This document shows positions 43,501 through 51,700 of a stretch of 64,000 bases of DNA, piece after piece; within the stretch, counting starts at the first letter, position 1, and each line of letters begins with the position of its first letter. This DNA is from Elusimicrobiota bacterium (GTDB lineage Bacteria; Elusimicrobiota; Elusimicrobia; Elusimicrobiales; UBA9959). Both the position numbers and the translations under genes were made by a program. The notes beneath the pieces are model-generated. The model saw only the letters and a list, made by a program, of their open reading frames with translations, ran no database searches and had not been told where the DNA came from. The stretch spans positions 541 to 64,540 of the forward strand of contig JBAXKK010000003.1 in the NCBI GenBank assembly GCA_037137395.1. Direction: 5' to 3'.

Positions 43501-43759
43501 TCTTGGCGCACAGGGCCAGACAACCGCCGGGGTAACTACTCTGCGGCTTTTCATACTCTATGCGGGAAGAATTTCTCCACACGTCATTGCCGGAGGTCAC
43601 AAAAGACACCTTATTGCCGATGCCTGCGTCCTTACAATAGCCGAAGCCTCCGTCCCCCACATTTATATCGGCCACAAAAAGCTGCTGAGCGCTGGCCGCC
43701 GGAACGAAAAAAATTCCGAACAGAACGGCTGTAAGAATCAGAAATATTTTATTATTCAT
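40598..43759 (-). CDS. 1053-aa secreted protein of ~8 FlgD-Ig-like modules ending in a T9SS-type C-terminal sorting-domain-like module
   Basis: Signal peptide. A module-end motif recurs: FWDGRDNTGKMAPPGVY, IWDGRDANGNPVCDGQY, LWDGKDDFGEYVPAGVY, YWDGRDNNGELVADGRY, YWDGRCTN, YWDGTDLTLSRVPDGNY. The last ~90 aa read FAPNPYTG...LTIKIYNLVGDLVY...IPWDKKNSSGNAVAPGVYFAVIRL...KKILVP. Confidence 0.75.
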   Translation of the reverse strand: MNNKIFLILTAVLFGIFFVPAASAQQLFVADINVGDGGFGYCKDAGIGNKVSFVTSGNDVWRNSSRIEYEKPQSSYPGGCLALCAKIKCVVASTPTTFGINELSFEIFKFTSGGNPLDPASTPPIKTVSMFDIGTCSQTSGAPAEQTIGGTNNYFCTAWDGSYNLNGIFGKTNGQFGFRAKVKTNEVSETVGNISIEQTAAFPGQNQIPIQVDVINIHTVRSSPTVVGKITGVAAQPYNILYRLSKDATTTITIYSAENVGGVLPFARQLLNYIPRVGEGTPDGTLTNGDFWDGRDNTGKMAPPGVYRAEINAESQDNWTGIDYAYTYYTTISHDPLQITDIAIKPLGASSTDQAVISYMLTESATVYVGIYTPDTFFSDLNNVTHDPAFNGTRLRLITEQQPGRQVVSTIWDGRDANGNPVCDGQYVYAIWAELPSGASVIRNKRLWVGALPVARGLVVSLISPSSTVMGSSPSVAGLDPFYFRYTPARDALFTLNIFPDNSVTPVRHLINRETRAANFSNRELWDGKDDFGEYVPAGVYQAELIAEDPASCITTRFTRTTVRTPVNMFRIIDVKTTPLLGGTSDTANISFEMSQTMFITLSVYEPDIVIDPYTSWPPDVRDPVSGLSANPVYSAAGMRPGRFKITEYWDGRDNNGELVADGRYPFTLVAGSTGTAQAMYATDRVYGYLDVSRGQIAFTLFEVIPNIPVMYNSSDTIKLPPYEIEYLLTRQSSVTIQILGIPPAGGNLQVFADVINGEIRDGDMDQRDYWDGRCTNTPACPNTDFVTWNSYVVRVVARDIGYKLLSVATVQQTIDVDPLRIFDMAITPQTLESPGIVSYQVSEPMTVVTKIYKPGTSLASCVKPSVNCPPDKLVKMFVGVRPARTQISEYWDGTDLTLSRVPDGNYVFKVYGSTSTESVSMLNGTVSGNAGLASDSIIDNIPVVNGPSGDDAQLAQDIWFAPNPYTGNSGWFHIPIYVNSELTIKIYNLVGDLVYSYSSGLLAGSVVKTIPWDKKNSSGNAVAPGVYFAVIRLEGRDGAKGAFQTVKKILVP

Positions 43760-43948
43760 AAAAACCCTTGGGAGTCAAGATTCAAAAGATTCGGCACTTC
43801 GGCGCTGAAACCAAGCATTAATTTCTCAAACTTTAAGCGCGTTCCTATACCGCTTAATCCTTTCTCCATGTTAATTCTGCCATTTTGCCGATACAAAATC
43901 AATGTCATTTAAAAACCGTTAAAACCCCTGATCCGATCCGAAATAACG

Positions 43949-44710
43949 TCAATCGGTTTTCTGCTTGTTTTCCAGAGGCAAGCTTTTCCGGTCACAAAGT
44001 TCTCTCTCCCCCTTGCGCGCGGCGTCAAGGTTGAATTTAGCGACAGAAAGCCGGAACTCCAGATCAGCGGATTTTTCTTCGGCTTCCTTTATCCTTTTCC
44101 CTGAGTCAGCCCTGGCGCGCCTTTCCGCCATTAGTTCGGAAAGAGTTTTTTCCGAAGCTTCTCTGGCGGCTAAAAATTTACGTTCCATAACAACAATCGC
44201 GTCTTTCAGATTGGCTTGTTCCACAACCGATCTCGTGAATTTCTCCCGCCACTCCTCGCTCCTGACCTTAAAAACTTCCAGCCGCGCGGAGAGGTTGGCT
44301 ATCTCTATTCTGGTCCGTTCCAGAACCTCAGTCAGAAGCGCAACCTCGCGGGCATGCCTTCTCTTCTGGGCCTCCAGCATCTTTCCGGACTCTCCCAGGC
44401 TTAAAGCCGCGGACAATTCTTCACTGATGGCTTTTTCCCGCGCCTCCTGACACGACTGTTTAAGCTCGCCGAGTTGCGCGCGGGTATCGCACAGTTGGGC
44501 CGACAGGTCGCGGATGCCGGACTCTTTGACTTCCAATAAATATTTCCAATCGCTTTCGGCCTTAGAAAAATTGTTTTTGAGAAACTGAATAGTTTCAACC
44601 TGAGATTCTGAAAAACGTAAAGACGAAGCAGAAAATTCGGGGATGTAATCCTTCCCCGACGCTTTCTTCCAGAGTTCACCTAATTGTCTGTCTATTTCGC
44701 TGCTTTCCAT
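43949..44710 (-). CDS. cytoplasmic coiled-coil protein (first gene of the Tad operon)
   Basis: E/K/R/L/A-rich heptad-like sequence throughout; no TM segment or signal peptide. Confidence 0.55.
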   Translation of the reverse strand: MESSEIDRQLGELWKKASGKDYIPEFSASSLRFSESQVETIQFLKNNFSKAESDWKYLLEVKESGIRDLSAQLCDTRAQLGELKQSCQEAREKAISEELSAALSLGESGKMLEAQKRRHAREVALLTEVLERTRIEIANLSARLEVFKVRSEEWREKFTRSVVEQANLKDAIVVMERKFLAAREASEKTLSELMAERRARADSGKRIKEAEEKSADLEFRLSVAKFNLDAARKGERELCDRKSLPLENKQKTD

Positions 44711-44714
44711 AATG

Positions 44715-44813
44715 TTAAGGGGTAAGGATTAAGCGATAAGAATTAAGTTCTAAAGCCCTTCTCGCTTACCACTTAATCCTTACTGCTTATCGCTTACACC
44801 TTATAACTAGTCT
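44715..44813. repeat. 5'-UTR imperfect inverted repeat, AAGGATTAAG family
   Basis: ttaaggggtaaggattaagcgataagaattaag ttctaaag cccttctcgcttaccacttaatccttactgcttatcgcttacacctta. Confidence 0.7.
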
Positions 44814-44921
44814 ACCAGCGCGGCGTTGCCCTGTCATGAAATAAATGTTAAAAAAAGGTTACAGGAAGGGGCAGGGGAGGGATTAAAAACTCCGGAGTCC
44901 GCGATCTTCAAATCTTCACAC

Positions 44922-46439
44922 TCACTCTTTAACCGTGTTTTTTTTCTCTTCCGCTTTCAGCTTCTCAACTTCTCCGGCCAGAGCTATCCCTCCGCGGCCG
45001 TGAGATTTCACCCAATAGAGGGCGTCATCGGCTTTTTCAAGCAGGGTTTCCATGGATGCGGCGTCAGCGGGAAACGTAGATATGCCCAGACTCACCGAAA
45101 CGCTGAGTTCACGGGTCTTTGAAAAGGCCACCGGGATTTTTATTTCACGAATCTCAGCGGCGAGACGCCTGGCCAATTTTCCGGCCTCTTCACCGGTGGC
45201 CTGGGGCAGCAGAATTAGAATCTCGTCCCCCCCGTAGCGGCAGGGAAAGTCTATCTTGCGCAAATTGGAAAGTATGACTCTGCCAATTTCCTTCAGCACC
45301 CGGTCGCCTATCTGGTGACCGTAAGTGTCGTTAACTTCCTTAAAATAGTCCACATCAACCCAGATCATGGCGAGCGGCTGCTTAAAGCGCTCAGCGCGGT
45401 AGAATTCTTCCTGAAAGCGCTGGTTGAAATACCGCCGCAGCGGCAGCTTAGTCAGTTCGTCAAAAAGTGAAAGTTCCTCAACCTTATCAAAGAGCCTCAC
45501 ATTGTCCAGCGCCAGGCCGATCTGCCCCGCGAAAGATTTCAGCATGGCAAGCTCTCCCTGCTCGATCTTCTGCTGGCTTAACAGGTTATCCACTATCAGC
45601 AGACCGATAGTGACACCCTGCACGACCAGCGGCATGTAAAGAACGCATTCCTTGTAGCGCTCCATAAACACGCCCGAACTGTGGCCCAACACGATGTCCG
45701 CGAAGCGGTGCGCCCCGGCCTCCAGTGGTATTTCCTCGTATGCGATGCTCTTTATCTGACCGCGGATATCGGAGCTGAGCTCGCCCTTTAACTTCTCGGC
45801 TTTCTCGTCAATCAGGTAGAGTCTTACGCGGTCGAAGCCGAAATAGGTTTGGATACCCGTCAGTATATGTTTAAAACTCTCCCGAACCCGGAGTGAATTG
45901 GCGAAGATCTCGGTCAGTTCGGTAATCGCGCCCAGATTCTTGGCGTATTTTTTATTAAGCCCCACAAATTCCGCTTTGTAATAACTGCGCATAAAGTCGC
46001 CGAGGTGCTCGTGCGCGGCCCCGGCCTCAGCCGGAGAAAAGCGCCTTTTACCAGGAAAACGTTCCAGCTTTATGAGACCCTGCAGCGGGGCTTCGCGGAG
46101 AGCGGACGAGGAATATATTTCGATCAGGAACGGCACCAGCAGGAAATGACCGGCCTTGTTCCTGAAAACCACGGGCTTAAGCGAGCCGAGAGCGGACGCC
46201 GCCGGCGAATCAGGCGACGGCCGGACGCTTTCCTCGGCTTCAAAAGATACGCCGCCCGCGCGGCGCATCATCAGGCGTAGAAGCGAATTTTTTTCATCAT
46301 GATAGTAAAAAGATACGCGGTCAGCGGCGAAAAGCTTTGCCGCGGATTCCAGCAACCCCTTCAGGAAAGCTTCCCGGCTTTCGTAGAAAACGGGGTTTTT
46401 TCCGCCAATGCCGCTCAGGATTTTTTTCATCTTAATCAT
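44922..46439 (-). CDS. GAF-domain diguanylate cyclase (GGDEF)
   Basis: C-terminal DELTKLPLRRYF...DVDYFKEVNDTYGHQIGDRVLK...RYGGDEILILLP, with an RxxD-like site upstream; the N-terminal ~330 aa is GAF-like. Confidence 0.88.
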   Translation of the reverse strand: MIKMKKILSGIGGKNPVFYESREAFLKGLLESAAKLFAADRVSFYYHDEKNSLLRLMMRRAGGVSFEAEESVRPSPDSPAASALGSLKPVVFRNKAGHFLLVPFLIEIYSSSALREAPLQGLIKLERFPGKRRFSPAEAGAAHEHLGDFMRSYYKAEFVGLNKKYAKNLGAITELTEIFANSLRVRESFKHILTGIQTYFGFDRVRLYLIDEKAEKLKGELSSDIRGQIKSIAYEEIPLEAGAHRFADIVLGHSSGVFMERYKECVLYMPLVVQGVTIGLLIVDNLLSQQKIEQGELAMLKSFAGQIGLALDNVRLFDKVEELSLFDELTKLPLRRYFNQRFQEEFYRAERFKQPLAMIWVDVDYFKEVNDTYGHQIGDRVLKEIGRVILSNLRKIDFPCRYGGDEILILLPQATGEEAGKLARRLAAEIREIKIPVAFSKTRELSVSVSLGISTFPADAASMETLLEKADDALYWVKSHGRGGIALAGEVEKLKAEEKKNTVKE

Positions 46440-46553
46440 GGGGAATCAGTATAAGTTTGCCATTTGCTTTATGCCATTAGCAATTCGCAGAAAAATCAGT
46501 TAACTCCTTAAAGCATATGGCCAACGGCAGCCTTTATCCCGCGTATGGCGCTG

Positions 46554-47735
46554 TTAGTACAGCGACAGCAGATAATCTATCTCGCCCTGCGCTATTATCA
46601 GCTCCCGCATAAAATCCTCGCTCACATACGCCTGTCTTGAAATGCGCAGAGACGCGCGCCATAGCGCGCGGTCAAGCAGCAACTCCGCCGTTGGATAGAC
46701 TGTCGTGTTTGGCGTAAGCGCCGGCGCTGAAAATATTTCCCGCCAGGCGCTTCCTTCCCGGGCACCCTCAAGCGTTTCTTCAAAGGCCTGCTTCAGACAC
46801 GGGAAAACGCCAAACGCAGCCGCGAATGAGCGGCTGTTATCCGCGGAAAGAGCCCATTTCATGAATAGCCCCGCCTCTTTCAGGTGCGCAGATCCGGACG
46901 AAGCCGCGAGGTTATAACTGAAAACCGGATTTTTTTTTCTGGGGCCCGGCAGCCGGACTGGTTTAAAAACACTTTTCCGGCCCAATGACGACGGTGCTCT
47001 GCTCCCTAACACCATGGCGGTCGAGTCCTCGTAAAAAGGTCCGCCTTCGAAAGAAGCCTCACCAAACAGAGGCATATAACCCTTGAGCGCCGGTCCCAGA
47101 TAATCCTCCAGGCCCTTCACCGCTTCGCCTTTGCTTAGCGTGCAGCGATTCATGTCTTCGGAAAACAGGTCTCCGCCCCGGTTCCAGACGCAGGGGAGGG
47201 CGTTAAAAGAGTGCAGCCGGCCTACTCCGTCGCCCTGCAGAACGGGGTAAAAACCCCGCTTCTTGTTACCGGCCGCTATCCGTTCGCAGACCGCCATAAA
47301 ACTTTCCCAGTCGGGCAGGCCGGCCTCAGGGCGCAGAGAATGCCTCTTAAACTCTTCGGGCCTGTAAAAAAGGGCCGGCGCCTCCATCCACCACGGCGCA
47401 GAAAAAACGATATCGCTTTCTTCTGGGACACAGCCTTTTTTCAGGAAGTCGGGGACCCTGGTCTGGCTGAATGTCTCCATGACCGCCCCCGTTTCCGCAA
47501 GGAGACCAAGCTTGGCGAATACCGCGGTCCAGGAATGCGGCAACTCGATGACATCGGCCGATTCGCTGTTTTTGGAATCTCTGAGGTGGGCAAAAAGGTT
47601 ATGCCACATGGACCGGCGGGTGAGCACCCGGAAATCCACTTTAATGTCCGGGTAATGCGCGCAAAAAGAATGCAGCAGATTTTTAAAAGCCGCGAACTTA
47701 CCCGTATTAGAATCGGCCAGAAGCCATATAAGCAT
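46554..47735 (-). CDS. family-1 solute-binding-protein-like protein without an evident signal peptide
   Basis: N-terminus IWLLADSNTGKFAAFKNLLHSFCAHYPDIKVDFRVLTR resembles a mature SBP_bac_1 start; there is no hydrophobic leader or lipobox. Confidence 0.5.
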   Translation of the reverse strand: MLIWLLADSNTGKFAAFKNLLHSFCAHYPDIKVDFRVLTRRSMWHNLFAHLRDSKNSESADVIELPHSWTAVFAKLGLLAETGAVMETFSQTRVPDFLKKGCVPEESDIVFSAPWWMEAPALFYRPEEFKRHSLRPEAGLPDWESFMAVCERIAAGNKKRGFYPVLQGDGVGRLHSFNALPCVWNRGGDLFSEDMNRCTLSKGEAVKGLEDYLGPALKGYMPLFGEASFEGGPFYEDSTAMVLGSRAPSSLGRKSVFKPVRLPGPRKKNPVFSYNLAASSGSAHLKEAGLFMKWALSADNSRSFAAAFGVFPCLKQAFEETLEGAREGSAWREIFSAPALTPNTTVYPTAELLLDRALWRASLRISRQAYVSEDFMRELIIAQGEIDYLLSLY

Positions 47736-47764
47736 AATTATGAATGAAAATGTTAAAAGTGCTT

Positions 47765-47850
47765 AGAAGGATTAAGCGATAAGGATTAAGTTTAAAAAAC
47801 CTGCTTCTTACCCCATTGCCACTTATTCCTTACCACTTAATCCTTACTAC
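47765..47850. repeat. imperfect inverted repeat, AAGGATTAAG family
   Basis: agaaggattaagcgataaggattaag tttaaaaaac ctgcttcttaccccattgccacttattccttaccacttaatccttactac. The right end abuts the tsaD stop. Confidence 0.7.
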
Positions 47851-48923
47851 TTACCCGGCCAGGAAACTACGGCCAGGTCGGGGGCTATGTCCAGCGACCC
47901 GCCGGTAGCCCGCGCAGCAAGCCGCCTGGCGCCGCAAAGAGCCACCATGGCGGCGTTATCTGTGCAGTAGCGTTTTTCAGCAAATTTAATTTCGTATCCG
48001 GATTTAGCGGAGAGTTCCATGAACTTCCGCCTTAAACGCAGATTGGCGGCGACGCCCCCCCCGACTATCACGCTTTTTATTCCTGTATCAGCGCAAGCCC
48101 TGGCAGTTTTATGGACCAGCGTGTCAGCGACCGCCTCTTCAAAAGCAAGACATATCCTCCCCCGGTCCGCAGGGGACGGGCGCAGTCTTTTTTCATAAAA
48201 ATCGTTGCCCAGCATATCTCTGAGTTTATAAGCCACGGCCGTCTTCAGACCGCTGAAAGAAAAATCAAAACTGTCTTCCATATATGGTCTGGGGAAGTCA
48301 AAGCCGGACGGCCCGGACTTTAAAGCTTCCTTCTCCACCGAAGGCCCGCCGGGATACTCAAGCCCCAGCAGTTTAGCCACCTTGTCAAAAGCTTCTCCGG
48401 CGGCATCGTCCCTTGTGCGCCCCATTACCTTATACCTGCCGTATCCTTCGGCTGTCCAGAGTTCGGTGTGCCCGCCTGAGACGATCAGGCCTATGCATGG
48501 GAATTTGATGCGCCTGGACGCGGTCATGCCCTCATATTCATAGGCCAGAAAATGCCCTTCCAAATGGTTCACTCCCAGAAGTTTGGCGCCTAGAAGCCTG
48601 GCCGCGGCCTCTGCCGCCACTCTGGACACCAGAAGCGCGCCCGGCAGTCCGGGGCCTCTGGAGAACGCCACAGCGTCTATCTTAGGTCCTCTAAGTCGGC
48701 CCCCGACAAAGAAAGGTCTGCGGTAACCGGCCTTCGAAAGAGCGGCGCCTAGCACCCAGGAAATCTTCTCAAGGTGCGCACGGCTGGCCAGCTCCGGAAC
48801 AACGCCGCTGTATTTTCTGTGAAGATCTATCTGGGAGAAAATAATATTTGAGAGCAGGCGGCCGTCATCCAGCAGACAGACCGAGGTCTCATCGCACGTG
48901 GTCTCAAACGCCAGTATTCTCAT
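47847..48923 (-). CDS. tsaD: tRNA N6-adenosine threonylcarbamoyltransferase
   Basis: MRILAFETTCDETSVCLL...SGVVPELASRAH...GVNHLEGH...VSGGHTEL...GGVAAN. Confidence 0.93.
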   Translation of the reverse strand: MRILAFETTCDETSVCLLDDGRLLSNIIFSQIDLHRKYSGVVPELASRAHLEKISWVLGAALSKAGYRRPFFVGGRLRGPKIDAVAFSRGPGLPGALLVSRVAAEAAARLLGAKLLGVNHLEGHFLAYEYEGMTASRRIKFPCIGLIVSGGHTELWTAEGYGRYKVMGRTRDDAAGEAFDKVAKLLGLEYPGGPSVEKEALKSGPSGFDFPRPYMEDSFDFSFSGLKTAVAYKLRDMLGNDFYEKRLRPSPADRGRICLAFEEAVADTLVHKTARACADTGIKSVIVGGGVAANLRLRRKFMELSAKSGYEIKFAEKRYCTDNAAMVALCGARRLAARATGGSLDIAPDLAVVSWPGK

Positions 48924-49072
48924 AAAAAAGTGCCATAAGCCATAAGGGCGGCGCGCCCGCCATAAGCTTTAGGCAACTCCTAAAAAGCATATGTCAGCCT
49001 TTCTGCATATGGCCTACGGCGGACTCCCGGCATATGGCGCGGCTAAATAGCCGCTAGCGGCTATTTAGCCGC
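48924..49072. repeat. GCCATAAGC / GCATATGGC word block ending in a perfect 34-nt palindrome
   Basis: gccataagccataaggg...gccataagctttaggc...gcatatggcctacggc...ggcatatggc, then gcggctaaatagccgc-ta-gcggctatttagccgc (49039-49072), which overlaps the ctp stop codon. Confidence 0.8.
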
Positions 49073-50356
49073 TTTGAGATTACCGAGGACTTCTCTGGCT
49101 TTAAGAAGTTCGACTCCGCGGTCCAGCACTTCGTCGCGCACAAGACCTTCTTTTTTCTTTCCATTAATCTCTTTATTTCCCTTGTCTTCTTTACCCGGAT
49201 AAAAGAGCTCTTCGGCCTGCTGGATGAGCTTTTTCTCAGCCTCCAGCGTGACCTTTACCTCGATGTCAGGTGTTATGCCGCCGGTATCTTTTTTTTCATC
49301 CCGGTGAATGGACCGGCCGGAGGGTGTGTAATACCTGGCAATCGTGAGCCTTAACGCGGACTTATCGGAAAGCGGAATCATGGATTGAACGCTGGCCTTG
49401 CCGTAAGTGCGCTCGCCTATAATGACCGCCCGCTTGTTGTCCTGCATGGCGCCCGACACGATCTCGCTGGCGGAAGCGGAATAGCGATTCACCAGAATAA
49501 CCATGGGCAGATCCGCGTAAGTCGCGCTGGCGGCGGCCCTGAATTCCTGGTAGTTCTCGGGCTTGCGACCCTTGGTGTAAACGATCATTTTATTGTTATC
49601 CAGGAAAAGCCTGGAAACGTCCACCGAAGCCGACAGCAGACCGCCCGGATCGTACCGAAGATCCAGGATCAGGCCTTCCATGCCCTGCTTTTTCAGATCC
49701 GCAAGAGCTTTGGTAAAATCCGCCACGACATGCCCGGTAAACTCGATCATCTTTATATACCCGATCTTCCCGTCAAGCAACCGTGACCTGATATTCTCGG
49801 TCTTTATAAGTTCGCGGATAAGCGTAATATCTTTATTCACCCATTCGGCATCCTTAACTTCGGGCTCACGGGCGATGGTAATCTTAACGGAAGTACCGGG
49901 AACGCCGCGCAGTTTTTTTATCGCGTCATCTATAATCATGTCCTTGGTACTTTCGCCTTCTATCTTAATTATCTTGTCTCCGGGATACATCTGGGCGCGG
50001 TAAGCCGGGGTGTTGGGGAGCGGAGTGACCACTGTCAGCCAACCCTCACGCAGGTCCACGCGGATACCGATCCCGCCGAATTCCCCCTCGGTATCACTTT
50101 TGACTCTGGAGTAAACATCAGGCTCCATAAACTGGGAAAAATCATCAAGCTCGCGGACCATTCCGGCGGCGGCTCCGTATATAAGCTTTTGGGAATCTAT
50201 TTCGTCTACATAATTTTCCTTAATAAGCTCCATAACATCAACAATCACCTTAAGCTGCTGGTAAGTCTGGTCGATGGCAAAATTAACATAAGGGAAAGCC
50301 AGACCGATAAAGGCAGAAACAAGGGTGATGGACGCTATTTTTTTGATGTTTTTCAT
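49061..50356 (-). CDS. ctp: C-terminal processing peptidase (S41A)
   Basis: PDZ (AYRAQMYPGDKIIKIEG); LILDLRYDPGGLL; catalytic context VNRYSASASEIVSGAM...GERTYGKASVQ. Start set at ATG 50356 behind GGAG. Confidence 0.9.
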   Translation of the reverse strand: MKNIKKIASITLVSAFIGLAFPYVNFAIDQTYQQLKVIVDVMELIKENYVDEIDSQKLIYGAAAGMVRELDDFSQFMEPDVYSRVKSDTEGEFGGIGIRVDLREGWLTVVTPLPNTPAYRAQMYPGDKIIKIEGESTKDMIIDDAIKKLRGVPGTSVKITIAREPEVKDAEWVNKDITLIRELIKTENIRSRLLDGKIGYIKMIEFTGHVVADFTKALADLKKQGMEGLILDLRYDPGGLLSASVDVSRLFLDNNKMIVYTKGRKPENYQEFRAAASATYADLPMVILVNRYSASASEIVSGAMQDNKRAVIIGERTYGKASVQSMIPLSDKSALRLTIARYYTPSGRSIHRDEKKDTGGITPDIEVKVTLEAEKKLIQQAEELFYPGKEDKGNKEINGKKKEGLVRDEVLDRGVELLKAREVLGNLKAAK

Positions 50357-50536
50357 TAATTTCTCCAGTTTTGAGCAAAACAACCCGTAATTATATAGTC
50401 TACAGGCCCGCAACCACCAGTTAGAAACTCAATTATACATCTTTCGCAAGGCTTAAAGCCGTAAGGCTGTGGCCCGAGACCCTTCCCCCGGAGGCGGATC
50501 CGCCGAGCCGTCACATGTTGAACTGAAAGATTCGGG

Positions 50537-51700
50537 CTAATTCGTAAGCCAGGCCAACGGGTCTATTGCGTCGGATCCTATCCGTATTTCGAAATATACC
50601 GCGCTATAGTCCTTGCCTGCCTCTCCGGAAACCGCCTGAGTGTCCTCTCCGGCGCGCCCCAGCGGCGAGCTTGTCGTAACAGCCTCGTTCTTTGAGACTG
50701 AAATATTTTCCAGCAGTCCGTAAATTGTAAAAAATCCCCGCTCGTGGTCCACTATCACCACGTTTCCATAAGTCCTGAAAGGTCCGGAATAGATCACTTT
50801 ACCGCTCATCACGGGAAAAACAGCGGCGGTTTGGGCGGCGCGTATCCTGATTCCCTCCCGCACTATCCAGGTCTTCAGCAACGGAACCGCTTCCCTGCCG
50901 TAGCGGCTTATAACCTTGCCCTGCACCGGCCAGGGCAGCGAATGCCGCGGAATCGGCAAATCCCTGGATCTGGCTGCCGTAGGTCTGTAAGGCGACTGTT
51001 TTTCAAGTTTCCTCACCAGCTTAGTCAGACCTAGGGCCGCGTTCTGCAGATTTTCAACTTCCATAGAAAGCCGGGCCTGCTTTTCCCTTGTCCTCTCCAA
51101 TTCCGTCCTCTTACCCTCTACAATATGCTTGTGGGCCGAGCGCTGCTTATCCACCAATTCCTTTTTAGCCTTGAGCTCAAGGTTCTGCCTGGTGAGGTCC
51201 TGGATGGCGCCTTTGACCTTAACAGTCTCACCCTTAATCCTGTTTATGAGGCTGTGTTTTTCAAGTATCGCAGACTTCAGCAATATTCCCCGCGAAATGT
51301 CTTCCAGTCCGTAGTAGGGATAATCGAACTGTTTATCCAGGGAATAGATTACGGTTTCGCCGTAAAGATCGGCCTGCAGATATCCATACGCTTTGGAAAG
51401 CGAATCGTATTTTTCTCTGGAATCTGAACTTTTAACCCTTGAGCGGCCGAGTTGGGACTTAAGCTCGTTCTGGCGCTCAATATTTAAGTTGTCCTCTTTT
51501 TTGAGGCCGTCTATCTCTAAATTTATGCGATCTTCTTCTTTTATATATTTTTCAAGCTCTTTCTTTTTTTCATCAAGCTGGACGCGTATCTCCTCAAGGC
51601 TCTTTTTTTTTGCCGCGACCTTGTCCTGCGCGATGAGCGGGCCCAAGCCCGAAAAAAAGGCAAGGAATAAAACGAGTGTCAGTTGTGCGTGTTTTTCCAT
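50537..51700 (-). CDS. coiled-coil M23 (LytM-domain) protein, EnvC-like
   Basis: Signal peptide, a long coiled coil, and a C-terminal LytM-like GIRIRAAQTAAVFPVMSGKVIYSGPFRTYGNVVIVDHERGFFTIYGLL. Start set at ATG 51700; this overlaps the ftsX end by 22 nt. Confidence 0.8.
   Translation of the reverse strand: MEKHAQLTLVLFLAFFSGLGPLIAQDKVAAKKKSLEEIRVQLDEKKKELEKYIKEEDRINLEIDGLKKEDNLNIERQNELKSQLGRSRVKSSDSREKYDSLSKAYGYLQADLYGETVIYSLDKQFDYPYYGLEDISRGILLKSAILEKHSLINRIKGETVKVKGAIQDLTRQNLELKAKKELVDKQRSAHKHIVEGKRTELERTREKQARLSMEVENLQNAALGLTKLVRKLEKQSPYRPTAARSRDLPIPRHSLPWPVQGKVISRYGREAVPLLKTWIVREGIRIRAAQTAAVFPVMSGKVIYSGPFRTYGNVVIVDHERGFFTIYGLLENISVSKNEAVTTSSPLGRAGEDTQAVSGEAGKDYSAVYFEIRIGSDAIDPLAWLTN

Noticed and set aside
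39472-43759. Calling a complete type IX secretion system
   Set aside because: Only a PorV/PorQ-like barrel and a CTD-like cargo are present. No SprA, PorK/L/M/N, PorU or PorZ candidates are in the window.
30045-44710. Presence of a prepilin peptidase (TadV/CpaA) within the Tad region
   Set aside because: I looked for a 150-250-aa polytopic protein with two conserved Asp among all ORFs and found none. Its absence from the window is reported, but absence from the genome cannot be inferred.
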